NCBI GenBank assembly: GCA_013265495.1
Contig: MU058213.1
Location: forward strand, 4,984,854 to 5,048,853
Length of the DNA stretch: 64,000 bases
DNA from: Vicugna vicugna
Lineage: Eukaryota
Direction: 5' to 3'
Position 1 is the first letter of the stretch, and each line of letters begins with the position of its first letter. Below are positions 49,801 to 62,520 of the stretch, piece by piece. Both the position numbers and the translations under genes were made by a program. The notes beneath the pieces are model-generated. The model worked only from the letters and a program-made list of their open reading frames with translations. It was not told the DNA's origin and did no database searches.

Positions 49801-52800
49801 CATCCTGCGCTCTCTCTCATTACAGCAGTGTCTTTCTACGACATCGGTAAATTCCAGGAGGGAGGGACATGGGGAGGAGCCATTGTTCTTTCTGTTTAAG
49901 GCCAGCCTTCTGTGTGGGCGGTAGAGGATGCTGCTTCCTTCACGTGATCTGAAGGACATAGGACATCTCCCAGAGCTGCTCCAATTCCACCATGAAGTCT
50001 GGGGTTTGGTTAAGGGTCTACTTTTGACCTTGGGCTGGGCTCCTTTCAGGTGTGCACGTATTAAGCAGGCCGCTTCATCCTTGCAACCACTGTCCACAAC
50101 CACTTTGTGTCTATGGATTTGCCTATTCTATTTATCGCAGATAAATGGTAATTACAGGCTATGTGGCCCACTGCGTCCGGCTTCTTTCACTTTGCATGTT
50201 TTCAAGATGAATTCATGTTGTAGCTTCGATCACTGGTTTTTAAACTTTCTTCTGAAAAGCAAATGCTCTCAAAGGAAATGGTGGTGGAACCTCAAGGTAG
50301 AACATAGATAGAAGCAGAGGTGCTCTGATGGAAGCAAGGCATAATTTCCTGCTTTCCCGAAAGCACTCAGCCTGGTGGTGGCCCCTGAACACCCCTGCGG
50401 GACTCCAGGCTTCACAGAGCCCGGCTCAAAGGGTCTATACAGATCCTCTCTCACCTGCCCCTAGGTGCAACGACCTTTCTCTTTTACTTCAAGAATGCAA
50501 AACACCCTACCCGTCGTTTTCACCTGAATTAGTTCACAACACCCCCTCTCTGAAATAATTCAGAGAGAGCAGAACATTGAGCAAATGGGAGTCAGAAGGG
50601 AGAAAAGCACAAATGGTTTGTACTGTTGACACCGCCGCCGTGGAGAAGCAGTGGGAAGAACAGGGGCTCTGATACCCTGGGGCGGGGGTGGGCTCCTGGG
50701 GAGCGGAGCCGTGGAGAAAGGAGGGGACTGCAGCCAGCACAGGAGGCTGCTCTGTAATATCGCTGTGGCCCAGCCCTCCAGTGATGGCCTTTACCGAGAA
50801 ATAGCCTTTCCTGTGAGGCCAAAAAAGGGCTGCATGGTCTGCAGCTGACCGGAGCTCTTCTTTCCCTGGGACATGATTGCCTTTCTGGAGTGAAAAAAAA
50901 TGCATGTAAATCTCTGTCCAAAGTCAATTATCTGGGATGCGGAGTAGTGTGTCTGCCAACGGAAACTGCAGGTCATCTGCCTGTGGCCTGGTATGTGGGG
51001 CGCCTCAGACAGCTTCTCTGGCTCTTCCCTCTGTCCTCATGGGGAACTTCAGGCAGCAGCTGCTGCCTCCCCGGCTGCCGTCCCCCCACAGCGCTCGCCC
51101 TGAAGGGGGAGGGGTTCTTCTGAGTTGCTGTCATCCACCCTGACTGCGCAGGGAAGCCAGCCCGGCCCTCGCCGCCTCCATCCCCGACAACGCCTGAAAC
51201 CAGCATGGGCTCTGGAAAGTGAGAGGAGACTGCATGGCCACCAGGAGACCCAGGGCTGACCACGGAGGCCCAGGGTTTAGTAAAGGCCCTGCCATCTCTT
51301 TTAAAGCTGGGTGTAATATTCCACCGGGTGTAATATGTTATCTTCATAAGCCTTAGTTTTCCCAACTGTAAAATGGCTGGCTGATTGGTTTCCATCTTGT
51401 TCCAGAACTTACTTTAGGCAACACTTCTGTAAAATTCTAAAGTTAGACTAGATGTTTCTTTTTTCTTTTTGTATATATTTTGGGTCTTCTATTTCCCTCG
51501 GTATTACTTACAATATTTAGCATAACCAGTGACCTCCATGCCTAATTACTATTATTTTTGTTAGATCAGATGTTTCCAAGTTCTTTGTTTGCTCTACAGG
51601 TTCTAAAGACTCTCATGCAAGATGATTGCTGATTTACAACTTAGAGGCTTAAGTTCTTCCAGCATATGTGAACAGCTATCTTCTCACCAGTCCTCTCTTA
51701 ACCCTGTTAACCAGTGGGGCAAGATTCCTACTGATGAATTTCCATCCTCTTTGAAAAGCTACCCAGATGTGAGAACCCAGTACAATGTGCGCTCCTTAAT
51801 GGGACCTTGGATGGAGAAGAAACAAAGCCAACATCCTACAATGGGTATTTTTGGGAACAACTGAGGTCTGAGACCCAGAGCTCCCCAAGTCTGCCCCAGA
51901 ATGTTCTTTGCTCTCCTCCCCGCTTCCAGCCCTCACTCCATCCTCCCCCGATGCTCTGGCCCGCTCAGCCGCTGCACCTTGCCCCTCCTGAACTCTCCCT
52001 TCACACTTCCCCTCCACCACAAGGCCCCTGAGACTTGATGGATTTGCTAGATCTGTACATGCCTGGGGTCCCTGTAGAGGCCAGGGGTCCCGGCTTCCGT
52101 GCTGTTCTCAGCCAACACACTCAATAAATAGCTTTGCATTGAACTCGGAAAAGTATTCGAATTTTACTGTGATGATGATTTTGTTGTTGTTAAAGACAAA
52201 GGTTCACATTCTGGGCCTCTGGCTCATCATTCAGAGGTGAGGGTGATGTGGGCATGGGGAGCCTGGAGCCTGACAAAGCCCAGCCTCCCCCAGGCTCAGA
52301 GCCCCATGTTTATTTTACAACAGTTGGAAGCATACAGGCTCCTTCCCAGACAGGTCAATCTATCAGGCGAACCTGTAGAAAGCCTCTGCTCGGCTGTGCC
52401 TGGTGCAAGGTCCTCGGGTGCAGCTTAAAAAACTACCTTAGCAACAGGATGTTGAGAGGCACTTTCCTTGTTGCCCTAGAAATGGTTACAAGGTTCCCCA
52501 AACTGGGGTGGAGAGAGATGACCACCTCTCATTCAGAAGAAACCCCCAAGAACTGGGGTCAAACTGCCCTCCAGGGCCAGCTTATCACAGTCAACTAACT
52601 GGCCTCTCCAACCCCCACCCCCAAGCAGAGCCGGGAGGAGAAGGGAGGGCTCTCTGGAATCACATCCGTGTTCATCAGCTTAATGGGATGCTGTGTTCGC
52701 ACCCTTTTCCCTGGCTCTCCTGAGCCCCAAAATAAAGTGTGAGGGGATGCAAAAAAATCCCATCTAAAGACGAGCTCTTCTTGCAAAGGGGAGACAGGCA

Positions 52801-52859
52801 TCCTGCTACCCAGGCGGATGCCTGCTTGAGCGACAGGTGTGTCCACTAGGGATCCGTCG

Positions 52860-53006
52860 TCAGTGCCTAGAGACAGTTTCGTTTGTCAGGAGTGGGAAGA
52901 TGCGACAGTTATCTAGTGGGTAGAGGCCAGGGATGCTGAACAGAGTCTACTACCAAGAATTATCTTGTCCAGAATATGAACAATGCCACAGCAGAGAAAG
53001 CCTGGT
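52860..53006. mobile_element. MER20 fragment
   Basis: ATCTAGTGGGTAGAGGCCAGGGATGCTG...AAGAATTATCT is a MER20 hallmark. Confidence 0.75.
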
Positions 53007-53324
53007 GTTCAAATAGCTATTGATCAAAAGGGAAGAGATGTCCTTATTCCTGGGGACACCCTAACGGTGGCATCCTCCCCAACTGTGGACCAGCACACCT
53101 ACTGCCATTCTACACCATGCACCTGTGAACCCTCCCACAAGACGTTCAGGTTGTGGCCCACATCCCTAGAGACCCACATGCTCTGACTATAGCCTGTTAA
53201 CTGTGTGGTCCCACACAGGCACTTTTGAAAGGGAAGCGGCTCTATAAAAAAAACTTGCTTTTTTCCCCACTTGCTACAATCATCTGGGGGAGATTTCAAA
53301 GCCTCCCGACACCACAGCCTCATC

Positions 53325-53428
53325 CCAAGTCAATTAAATCAGCATCTCCAGGGCGGAACCCAGGCATCTGATTGTTTTAACTCCCACTGTGATTGCAATG
53401 TGCATCCAAATTAGAGAGCCGCTGCTGT
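53325..53428. mobile_element. MER5A-type fragment
   Basis: AATTAAATCAGCATCTCCAGGGCGGAACCCAGGCATC...GTGATTGCAATGTGCA. Confidence 0.65.
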
Positions 53429-53599
53429 ACACAAGCCTCAGCCCCCTGGCGCGTGCCATCAGGTGAGCCCTTCGTCCCAGTAGTTGTGGAGCGGGGCCTG
53501 GCAGCCCAGCAGTGGCAGCCCAGCCAGGGGTCAGCAGGCTGACATTTGGAAGGTTGCTTTGGGACACCCATTTCAGGTATTAGCCATTTATCAATAGCT

Positions 53600-55130
53600 G
53601 GATTTATCACTTAACTGTTAAAAGGCATAATAAAAGGACCCCTGTAAGCTTGCCTACCTCCTAAGCTAAGAATTAGATTATTGCCCATATGTGGTGCCCA
53701 CCATCCTCTTCTCTTCTGTGCTTTGCCACCAGAGCAAGCAGTAACCCGAATTTTGTTTATGACTGTCTTCCCTTTAAAAGGGAAAAAAAGATTTTTCTCA
53801 AGGATATACAGATTCCTGAATAATACATTGTTCAGTTTTGCTTGTGTTTAATTTTAAAATGGTGGAATACTGGAAGTAATCTTTTAGGACTTGTTCTTTT
53901 CTTAACACTTCTTGTTTTTTTGCTAAGGTTCATCCTTATGCCACCTAAGAGGAGTTCACGCATTTTCTGTGCTGGGTAATTACCACTGTGTAACTATACA
54001 CAACGTGTTTATCCATTTTACTGTTATGGCCATTCGTGTCTTTTGACTTAATTTTGTTATTGTGAACAGGGCTGCAGACATTCTCTTTCACATTTGCTAT
54101 GTATACTTCAGCAAGAGTTTCTTGAGACCAGGGCTTCTCACATTTTAATAGGCATATGGGGATCTTGTTAAAATTCAGATTCTGGTTTAATTAGTCTGAG
54201 GGGAGGTCTCATAGTGAAACCAATGCTATGAATCCATGGACTACACTTTCAGTGGCAAAACCCTGGGATATGATTGGCCGACGTTACTGGGGGATGCCAT
54301 GCAGAGTTCTAAAGTGGTGGTACCATCTCCATTCCCAGCAGCCATGACTTGATACATACCTCCTCCAGGACTTGTTATTGCTGGTCTTGAGGCCTGAATT
54401 TGCACTTTCCTGACTGCTAACTAGGTTGAGAAATCCTTCACATGTTTATTGGTCATTCATATGTATCTCTTCTTCAGTGAAATGCCTACTCATGTCTTCC
54501 ATTCATTTTTCCTTTAGGTCGTTTGCCTTCTGATTAACTTGTAGTTCTTAACTTTCTTATATTTTTATTTAAATCCTTCACTGGCTGTGTATGTTGCAAA
54601 TATGGACACTCAATCTGTTTCTTCTTTTACCTTCCTTCATGGCGTTCTTCAATGAATAGAAATTCTTAATTTTAATATGGTGGAATTTATCCATCCTTTA
54701 TATGTAGTTTTTTTGTGTCTTTACAAAACTCCTTCAATCCAGAGAGTGAACAGATTTATGCCGATGTTAACTTCCTAGTTTTGGTGACATATTATGGTTA
54801 AGATGCTAACTTTAAAGGAGGTTGGATGAAGAATATAATAGGACTCTAACAGTTTTGAAACTCTTCTCTTAAGTCTAAAATGATTTCAGAATGAATTTTC
54901 CCAGTCTATCACTGTTATAAGGTTATAAAGATATTCTCCTATATTTGATTCTCTAAGTTTTGGCTTTTACATTTAGGTCCTTGGTTTTCTGGAATTGATT
55001 TTGAGGTTGGTATGAGGTGTGGATTTAATTCTGTGTTGCCCCACTGGGGTTGTCAATTGTTCCACCATAATTTTTGAATGCTGCTTCTTTCCCTAGTGCT
55101 CTGCAATACCGTCTTGGTCATACACCAAAA
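53600..55130 (-). mobile_element. Old L1ME-like region containing a MER5B-like MITE (~54128-54260) and a small opposite-strand L1 3' piece (~54765-54895)
   Basis: TGTTTATTGGTCATTCATAT, AATGAATAGAAATTCTTAATTTTAAT, TTTTACATTTAGGTC; GGGGATCTTGTTAAAATTCAGATTCTG. Confidence 0.65.
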
Positions 55131-55559
55131 ACACACAGGAGAGGGAGTCTTTATAGACCTTCAAGCTATATAGGAAGCAAAGAAGTTCTTCTGTGAAGTG
55201 TGCTCCTAAGGAGACAGCACCATATTCTCCCCAGCCCACATGCCCCTTTCTCAGGTTCCTCTTGTGCAGTAAGTTCAAGGGGACTGCTCTCCCTGGCCTG
55301 CAGCCCATTCAGAGCTCTCAGTTACACCCTGCTTAACTACATGCTGTTGACCATTAGGCCTTGTCAGTTCCGTCTTGATCATATTCTGTCTTTTGAATCA
55401 CACACTATTCAAGCTCGGAAGGAACCTGGGATGAATTTTCCAGGCTTTTCATTTTATGGTTGAGAAAACTTGGGTGAGTTAAGCAATGTATCCAAGGTCA
55501 GGCACCTGGTTGATGGAAGAGCTGAGATGAGGCCCCAAAATTGAGGCCAATTTTTCAAC

Positions 55560-56450
55560 TCCTCATTGCCCACTCAGATTTTTCCCCTCCTATGTTTCTC
55601 ATTCCAATTCACAGCATGTCGCTGTCTACCCAGCCTTTCAAGATAGAAATTTGGAGGTGCTCCTGGCTTGTCCCACCTTGACTTTCTGTAATTAGTCATA
55701 ACATTCTGGTAACCATGCCTCTGAAGTCGTCTTCAAATTTATTTTCTCACGTTCATTCCCACACCCACAACCCTACTTCATACCCTTGTCCATGCTCCAT
55801 TGGATTTCAAGAGCCCCCTGGTTTCTGGTCATGCCCCTCCTGCAATCCATTCACCTGCCAGCCTGCTCTTAAAATCCTCAACTTGAAAACGCTTGGCTGG
55901 TTGTTTAACTGCGCTGCTGCTTTCCTTAAAGACCTGTGTCTCCTTGCCAGTGGATGTCATTATGACTTTTCTCATCTGCTCCCAATTCATCTGCTCCTTG
56001 GGTTCATTTCTTGTCACCTTTCTCCTCCCCTCCAAGTGCCAGGGCTGTATCCACCCTGAACTATTGGATGCTCCTGAGAAACGCCACCCACGCCTGGGCC
56101 CCTGACACTCAGCACACACTCTCTCTGCCTGCAGCACCCTCACACCTTTCTCTACCTACTGCAACTGCATTCACCCTTCGAGACTTGGAAAAGCGCCGTC
56201 TCCACCGTGACGTCCTCCTGCATGCCTTACTTAGAGCTAATCGCTCTCACAGCGTTTTGTATGAGCCTATGCACCTCTGTTATGACAATGGTTTGCTCAT
56301 GTTCTGTATTCCATCCCAGTCTTTGAGCCTCTTGAGGTCTAACCATATTTTAATCATCTTTGGACCTCTACCGTGGGCCAGACCATCGAGGTACAATGTA
56401 TTATTATTGATCCAATCAATAAATATTTAAAGACAATGCTTAGGAAATGT
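55560..56450 (+). mobile_element. L2 LINE fragments
   Basis: Degenerate C/T-rich L2-like body ending TCAATAAATATTT. Confidence 0.5.
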
Positions 56451-56507
56451 TTCTTAACATTATTACATTCTTATTCTGCCAACATGTCCTTATACTGGCA
56501 TCACTTG

Positions 56508-56900
56508 GGGATTAGTCAGGACTTTTGTGGTAGCAAGTGCAGACATTCTATTTGCATAAACTTAAGCCAGATAAGAAGTATTGGTTCACATAATCTGCTG
56601 TGGAAAGGGCAAGGCAAGAGCTGGCTTTCCGGGCAGCTGGAACCAGGGATTCATGTGTGTTCAGAGCTCTACTCCGGACTCTGGCCTTTGGGTTTCTCTG
56701 CATAATGGCTTTATTCTTTCCCATGGGTTTTCTCGCAGGGAAGCTCTGGACCAATATTAACAGCAACATGGTAGAGAAAATAGCTTCTCTCCTAAGTCCA
56801 GGATGAAACATTCTGGACAATTCTGATTGGCTGACTTTGGGTCAAGGACATCTGGGGAAGTAGAGTCAGCTAAGGGAATGAACATAGTCAAAATGGGGGA
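56508..56900 (-). mobile_element. Old MaLR LTR (MLT1J/K-like)
   Basis: ATTAGTCAGGACTTTTGTGGTAGCAAGT...AACTTAAGC...ATTGGTTCACATAA; TCTGATTGGCTGACTTTGGGTCA. Confidence 0.6.
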
Positions 56901-58571
56901 GCTGATCTCACCAAAGATGGAAAGAATAACACTGGCAGGTTATAGTTGGACAACCCCCTCCCCTTAAACTTGTGTCCACGTAGAGGACCGGAGACAGAAA
57001 ATGACTTTGCTTTGTTGAGTTAAAGTGTTTGGACAAGAAAAGAGCATAGTGTTTGCACACTCAGCTGAAACACTGCACGAAACGAGTATGTCTCGTCCTA
57101 ATGAAGTTATTCCATCTTTTGGGCAATGTCTTCATGTTTGACAAGTACCAGGGACTTTAATTGAAAATTACTTCGGGAATCTTGCCAGACATTGCAAATT
57201 GAAAATATGAAAACCCTTCTCCTGGGTCAGGAGTATAACAAGCCCCATGTCAAATGTCATTACCCCACGTGCATTCTAGGACTGTGCAGGTGGGAAGCTA
57301 AGTGTTGATTGCATATTTTAGCCCAAGAATAATTTCCTGAATGGCAATTTGTTCCTTTATTTGATGAAACTGAGGTTTTCAACAGCAGTAAAATGCAATC
57401 TTTCCAGAATGTATTTCCGTAGGTTATGAAGATTGATTATGCTGCTTAGTGAGAGATTCATTATTTGGTTATTTAGACCATAATTTATTAAAAAAAAAAA
57501 AAAGTAAAAAGCTAATGATTTCCAGTTAGGAAGGTTTGCCCCGTGAGCAGTGGTATTTAGCTCAGCATTACTTCTAATTGATATAGTTCTGGGGGTGGGG
57601 TGGGGGGGCAAGAGACAGGCCTGTTTTAAGCCAAGCCATTGGCACTTTCTTGGCCCCCCTCATTTCTCTGGATCTCAGGACTGCACGACCCCCGCCGTCC
57701 CAACTGGAGGGGATCAGAATTTTGATTGTGGCCTAGAATGAGGGATTGGGGGCAGGGCAAAGGCATGGCTGGAGGCAAAACTGAGGCCCTAGACTATACT
57801 AAGACCCCAGGAGAGGCCAAAGGGGGAAAGAGCTGTGAGGAAGAAAAGTGGAGAAAGAATCAAGCCAGTGAGGCGTGAGCAAGTGAAGGAGAGAGAGGAA
57901 GGGGAGGAGATGGAGGGTCCCACACAGGAGTCCAGACCCAGGCGGCAGAGCACGAGCAGTGGGGTGAAGGCCGATCAAAGGGAGGACGGAGTCCCCTCTC
58001 CATTTGTAGGGACCCTTAGTACACATGTTTGCACTCAGCTCTGCGACCCCAGGGCTGCCTGTGCAGATCTGTCCAGCTTGGACCAGGCAGAGTCCTTTCC
58101 AGAACTTTCCAGCTGCTGCAACCCTCAACAAACCAGCAAACTAATCTGCTCCTAGCTGTGATGACTTTTAAAAAAAGAAAAAAAGTAGGGAGGAGGACTC
58201 TGGGAAGACTGCTGTTCTGATTTAGGAGGGGCCTTTGAGAAAAGAGGAGAGTGGCTACTCTTCCGTGCCCCAAATGCTGTACCTGCATGTGGCTGTCACA
58301 CACCAGACCTGTGCCTCCCAGAAGCCTCCTCTTGGGAGGCAGCCCACTGTGGTGAGAATGAAGGGGTAGGCAGAAAGTCCTTTGTTTCAGGACAGGAACC
58401 AGCTCTAGATCCTAGGAAAATTGCCCCCAAATTCCCAGAGCAGGAGTAGAGGTGGAGATGACCCTAAATACTCATTCTTGAGCCCGAAGTGGCTGGGACC
58501 TGACAGTCATGATCTCTTTCCAACCTTGTGAGAACCCCTCTGGGCAGGTTTTGTTGCTGCTGGTCTTTTCG

Positions 58572-59660
58572 TTTTTTTATTTTAAATTTTTAAATTGAAG
58601 TATAGTCAGTTTTTACAGTATTGTGTTACTTTCTGGTATATAGCATAGTGATTCAGTTATATATATATTCCTTTTCATATTCTTTTTCATGACAAGCTAT
58701 TACAAGATACTGAATATAGTTTCCTGTGCTATATGGAAGACATTTGTGTTTTATCTATTTTATATATAGTAGTTAGTATCTGCAAATCCCAAACTCCCAA
58801 TGTCTCCCTCTACCCTCCCTTTCCCTTCCTGTAACCATAAATTTATTTCCTATGTTTTTGAGTCTCTTTCTGTTTTGTAAATAAGTATATTTGTGTCATT
58901 TTTTAAGATTCCACATATAAGTGATATATGGTATTTTTCTCTCTCTTTCTAGCTTACTTCACTTAGTATAATGATCTGCAGGTCCATCCATGTTTCTGTA
59001 AATGGCATTATTTTATTCTTTTTTATGGTTGAGTAGTATTCCATTGAATACATATATGACATCTTTATCCAGTCTGTCTATGGACATTTAGGTTGCTTCC
59101 ATGTCATGTCTATTGTAAATAGTGCTCCTATGAACATTGGGGTGCATGTATCTTTTCAAATTAGAGTTTCCTCAGGATATATGCCTAGGAGTGGGATTGC
59201 TGAATCATAGGGTTAGTCTATTTTAAGTTTTTAAAGGAATCTCCATACTGTTTTCCATAACACTGCACCAAACTATATTCCCACCAACAGTGCAGGAGGG
59301 CTCCTTGTCTCCACATTGTCTCTGGCATTTACTGCTTGTGGACTTTAATGATGGTCATTCTGCCTGGTGTGAGGTGATACCTCGTTGCAGTTTTGATTTG
59401 CATGCCTCTGATAATTAGCAATACTGAGCAATTTTTCACGTGCCTATTAGCTATTTGTATATCTTTGATTGGAGAACTGCTTGTTTAGGTCTTCTGCCCA
59501 TTTTTGGATTGGGTTTTTTTGTTGTTGTTCTTGAGTTGTATGAGCTGTTTGTATATTCTGGAAGTTAAGCCCTTGTCAGTCACATCATTTGTAAATATTT
59601 TCTCCCATTCCGTAGGTTGTCTTTTTGTTTTGTTTATAGTTTCTGTTGCTGTACAAAAGT
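58572..59660 (-). mobile_element. Relatively young 5'-truncated L1 (3' UTR plus ORF2 C-terminal remnant)
   Basis: T tail plus AATTGAAGTATAGTCAG 3' end; minus-strand peptide FCTATETINKTKRQPTEWEKIFTNDVTDKGLTSRIYKQLIQL is L1 ORF2p; possible TSD GTCTTTT. Confidence 0.92.
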
Positions 59661-62324
59661 CTTTTTTTGTTTTGAATGCAGGTTTTATCAACTCTCTCCT
59701 ATGGAAAGGAAACTGAGGCTCCAGAGAGCCGAGTGTCTTATCCAAGGCCTCTACTCTGGGATGGGGGGCGGGATGAGCCAGTTTGGCTCTGAAGCCCCAG
59801 CTCTTTTGTTTACACCTGGCTGTTCTCCAGCTGGTCCACGGGCCAACTGGAGCCAATGACCAACCAATTTACTGCATGTGTGAGCAGAGGCCCTGCATTT
59901 GTGTCAGACTAGATAACCACTTATTACAAAGGCCACTAAACGTCCATCGCTTCAGCACACTTTACGGCCTCGTGCTCATGTGAGTCAGACCAGGCACCCC
60001 AAAGCAGGTGAGTAGGAGGTGCTTTAGGTAGAAGGAGCATGGGAAAATGCTAAATGGTGTTTGATCTTGGTAACCTAGCATCACTTGCCACCGTATCTCA
60101 TGAAAAGTTAACCGACAGTTTTGAGCTCAACCCTCCAACCCTGCCCCCGGTCAAAGAACCTACGGGATACCATTTGAGGAGGCTTTCCAGGCTGCATGGG
60201 CGCAAATAACCCCATCACTGTGATCAAAGAGAGGGTGAAAAAGTGGCATATTCAGTGGAGCCCTGCCAAAGGCAACTCCCCATTTGAACCTCAAAGGAAT
60301 CCACTGGGAGAAGCAGAGTCACTGGGGGAACAGAACGTCCTTTGTTGTTCCTTTGAGATGGTCCCAACCCAGTTTCCACAAAGTCATGCTTTAAATTCCT
60401 TCAGCATTCTTACATTTCCTTATTATAGTGTTTCCAAGGAAAATCTTAAGGTCTCAGCACCCAGGGATTTCATTTCCAAAGATACAACTGCAAAGTCCAT
60501 TCAAGTGGTTCTTAAAAAAATAATAATCATTCATTTTTTTAAAAAAAGTATTGCTCTGTAGTGACAAATTTCACAACTCACTGTTTTGCCACATGTCGCT
60601 CTTGAGAGCTACATTCACTGATTTCTTTTCAAGTCCATGTGGGCTGGGTGGACGGTTTTTTTTGATGCTTTTCACATATTACAGTTGACCATGGAGGAAG
60701 AGAAAATTTGATGAGGCTGCCTCTGGATCTGAGAAAAGTGGAATGGGTTTTTATGATGCATTTCCAGCTGGCAAAGGCAACACTTGGTCCTGAATACGAA
60801 GAGGAGGCTGGGCAGTAGCAATGAGACTTTGCTGTGCATTCACAGTCTAGGTGGGTTTCATTGAGCTGTAAGCGAGAAACTCACATTTCAAAACATAATC
60901 AGAAAACAGGCACAGAATAAGAGAATGGTATCCAAAGACGTGACTTTTTTTTTTAATGACCTATTTTAGCTGAGTGATTTTCAACTTTGGAAGGTCAAGA
61001 CCATGTCCTCTTTGATCTGTTGTGTGTCCCCAAGACCTAGAACCAGAGTCTTCCTTTATGTCTGTACAAACTGTGCCCTGCAAAAAGCGACTTGGCCAAG
61101 GGGTTACAACGCTACAGTGTACCTGCTCTCGACTTCCCAGACCACGAGTCCTGAGCTTTCAGTCTCCGTCCTTATTCATACAGCCTGGCTTGGTTGTAGC
61201 TCTGCCCTTCAATTACTAAACAAAAAGTCAACTGGCTGATCTTGCGTAAGCCACAAAAACTGTTTCTTCACCAACGAAGTTCTACAGAGGCCTAGTGTAT
61301 AAGACAACGGTGAGGTTGAGATTAAAACAGAAAACACTTTGTAAAGGCCCACATGACTGTGGGATATTTTTCTTTTGGTGGCACAGAGCCTGCCAAGCTT
61401 CTATCATACCAATACCCCCAAGTCACGCATCCATCCCTTCTCAGAATTTACAGCTCCACGTTTACACGGAAAAATTTAGTTCTCAGTGAAAAAAGAAGTA
61501 TTCCCAGTGCACCTTTCAGTCTCATTAACCAAACCCAGAGAACATTGGTTATTATTTTCTCTCCTAAGTGGAAATCTTAAGAGCAGGCTCTCTGAAATAA
61601 TTGCCCTTTTGCAATATTAGAAATATTTCAATAGTGACAGCTTGGAAATGCTTTAACTTTTAAATACTTAAACCAAATAATAAATAAACCCTCGTGATGA
61701 ATGTTTCCAGAAGGGACGATTAACATTATCCTTACAGCTGTTCATGATATAATATCAAAATGAAAAACATGCACGAGAAAAACAGCAAGCCCATGCTGAC
61801 TTCACGGCGCTTTTTCTGCAAATAGCTCTAATGTGAAGACATCCTCGGTAAGACTTAACCAACAATATTTCATCTGATCATCATTTAGCCAAACCACAAC
61901 GATACTCCCGAGGCCTCTTCAGTTTCACTGACAGCATCTGTCATTTCAGTTACTGCAAATGTGAGTTCTTGCAAGGATGCTAGCAGGGTGCTCTGTGGCC
62001 TGAAAGGAAAACGAATCTCCCCTTTTCCGATTTTTAACTTCTTATTTCCAAGGCAGGACTCGACAGTAACTCAGGAAGAGAGGTTTGTTGTCATTGTTGT
62101 TGTTTTGTTTGTTTTGGGTGGAGGGCTTTAATATCAGTACGCATCTAGGCAAATGCATATGTTCCTGATTTAACCGTGTACCTGAGCTTCAAAATAGCAA
62201 GAATTCCTGTTTACATCAAAGGTGGTTTTAAAGAACCGAAAGTCGAACTATAACTTAAAACAATCTATAATCTTACTAGTCAATAATTTATTGGCAGAAT
62301 TCCATAGTAACGTGCAATTTTATG

Positions 62325-62520
62325 AGAGTAATAATAATTACCATATGTGTCAGACGCTGTGCCAGGAGGCCTTCAATTCCTTGTCTGACTTAGTCTTCGT
62401 GACAACCTTTGTGACAAAGGTATGACTTTTTTTCATTTTGAAATGGAGGAAATGGAGGCTCGGACCAGTCGCTAGAATGCGGGGCTCCAGCCCAGGTCGC
62501 CCTCCTTGGAAATCTGCCAC
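62325..62520 (-). mobile_element. MIR SINE
   Basis: ACCATATGTGTCAGACGCTGTGCCAGG...TAGTCTTCGTGACAACC...CATTTTGAAATGGAGGAAATGGAGGCTC. Confidence 0.65.

Noticed and set aside
59485..59856. 123-aa minus-strand ORF as a gene
   Set aside because: Chimera of MIR-like flank and a decayed L1 ORF2 fragment
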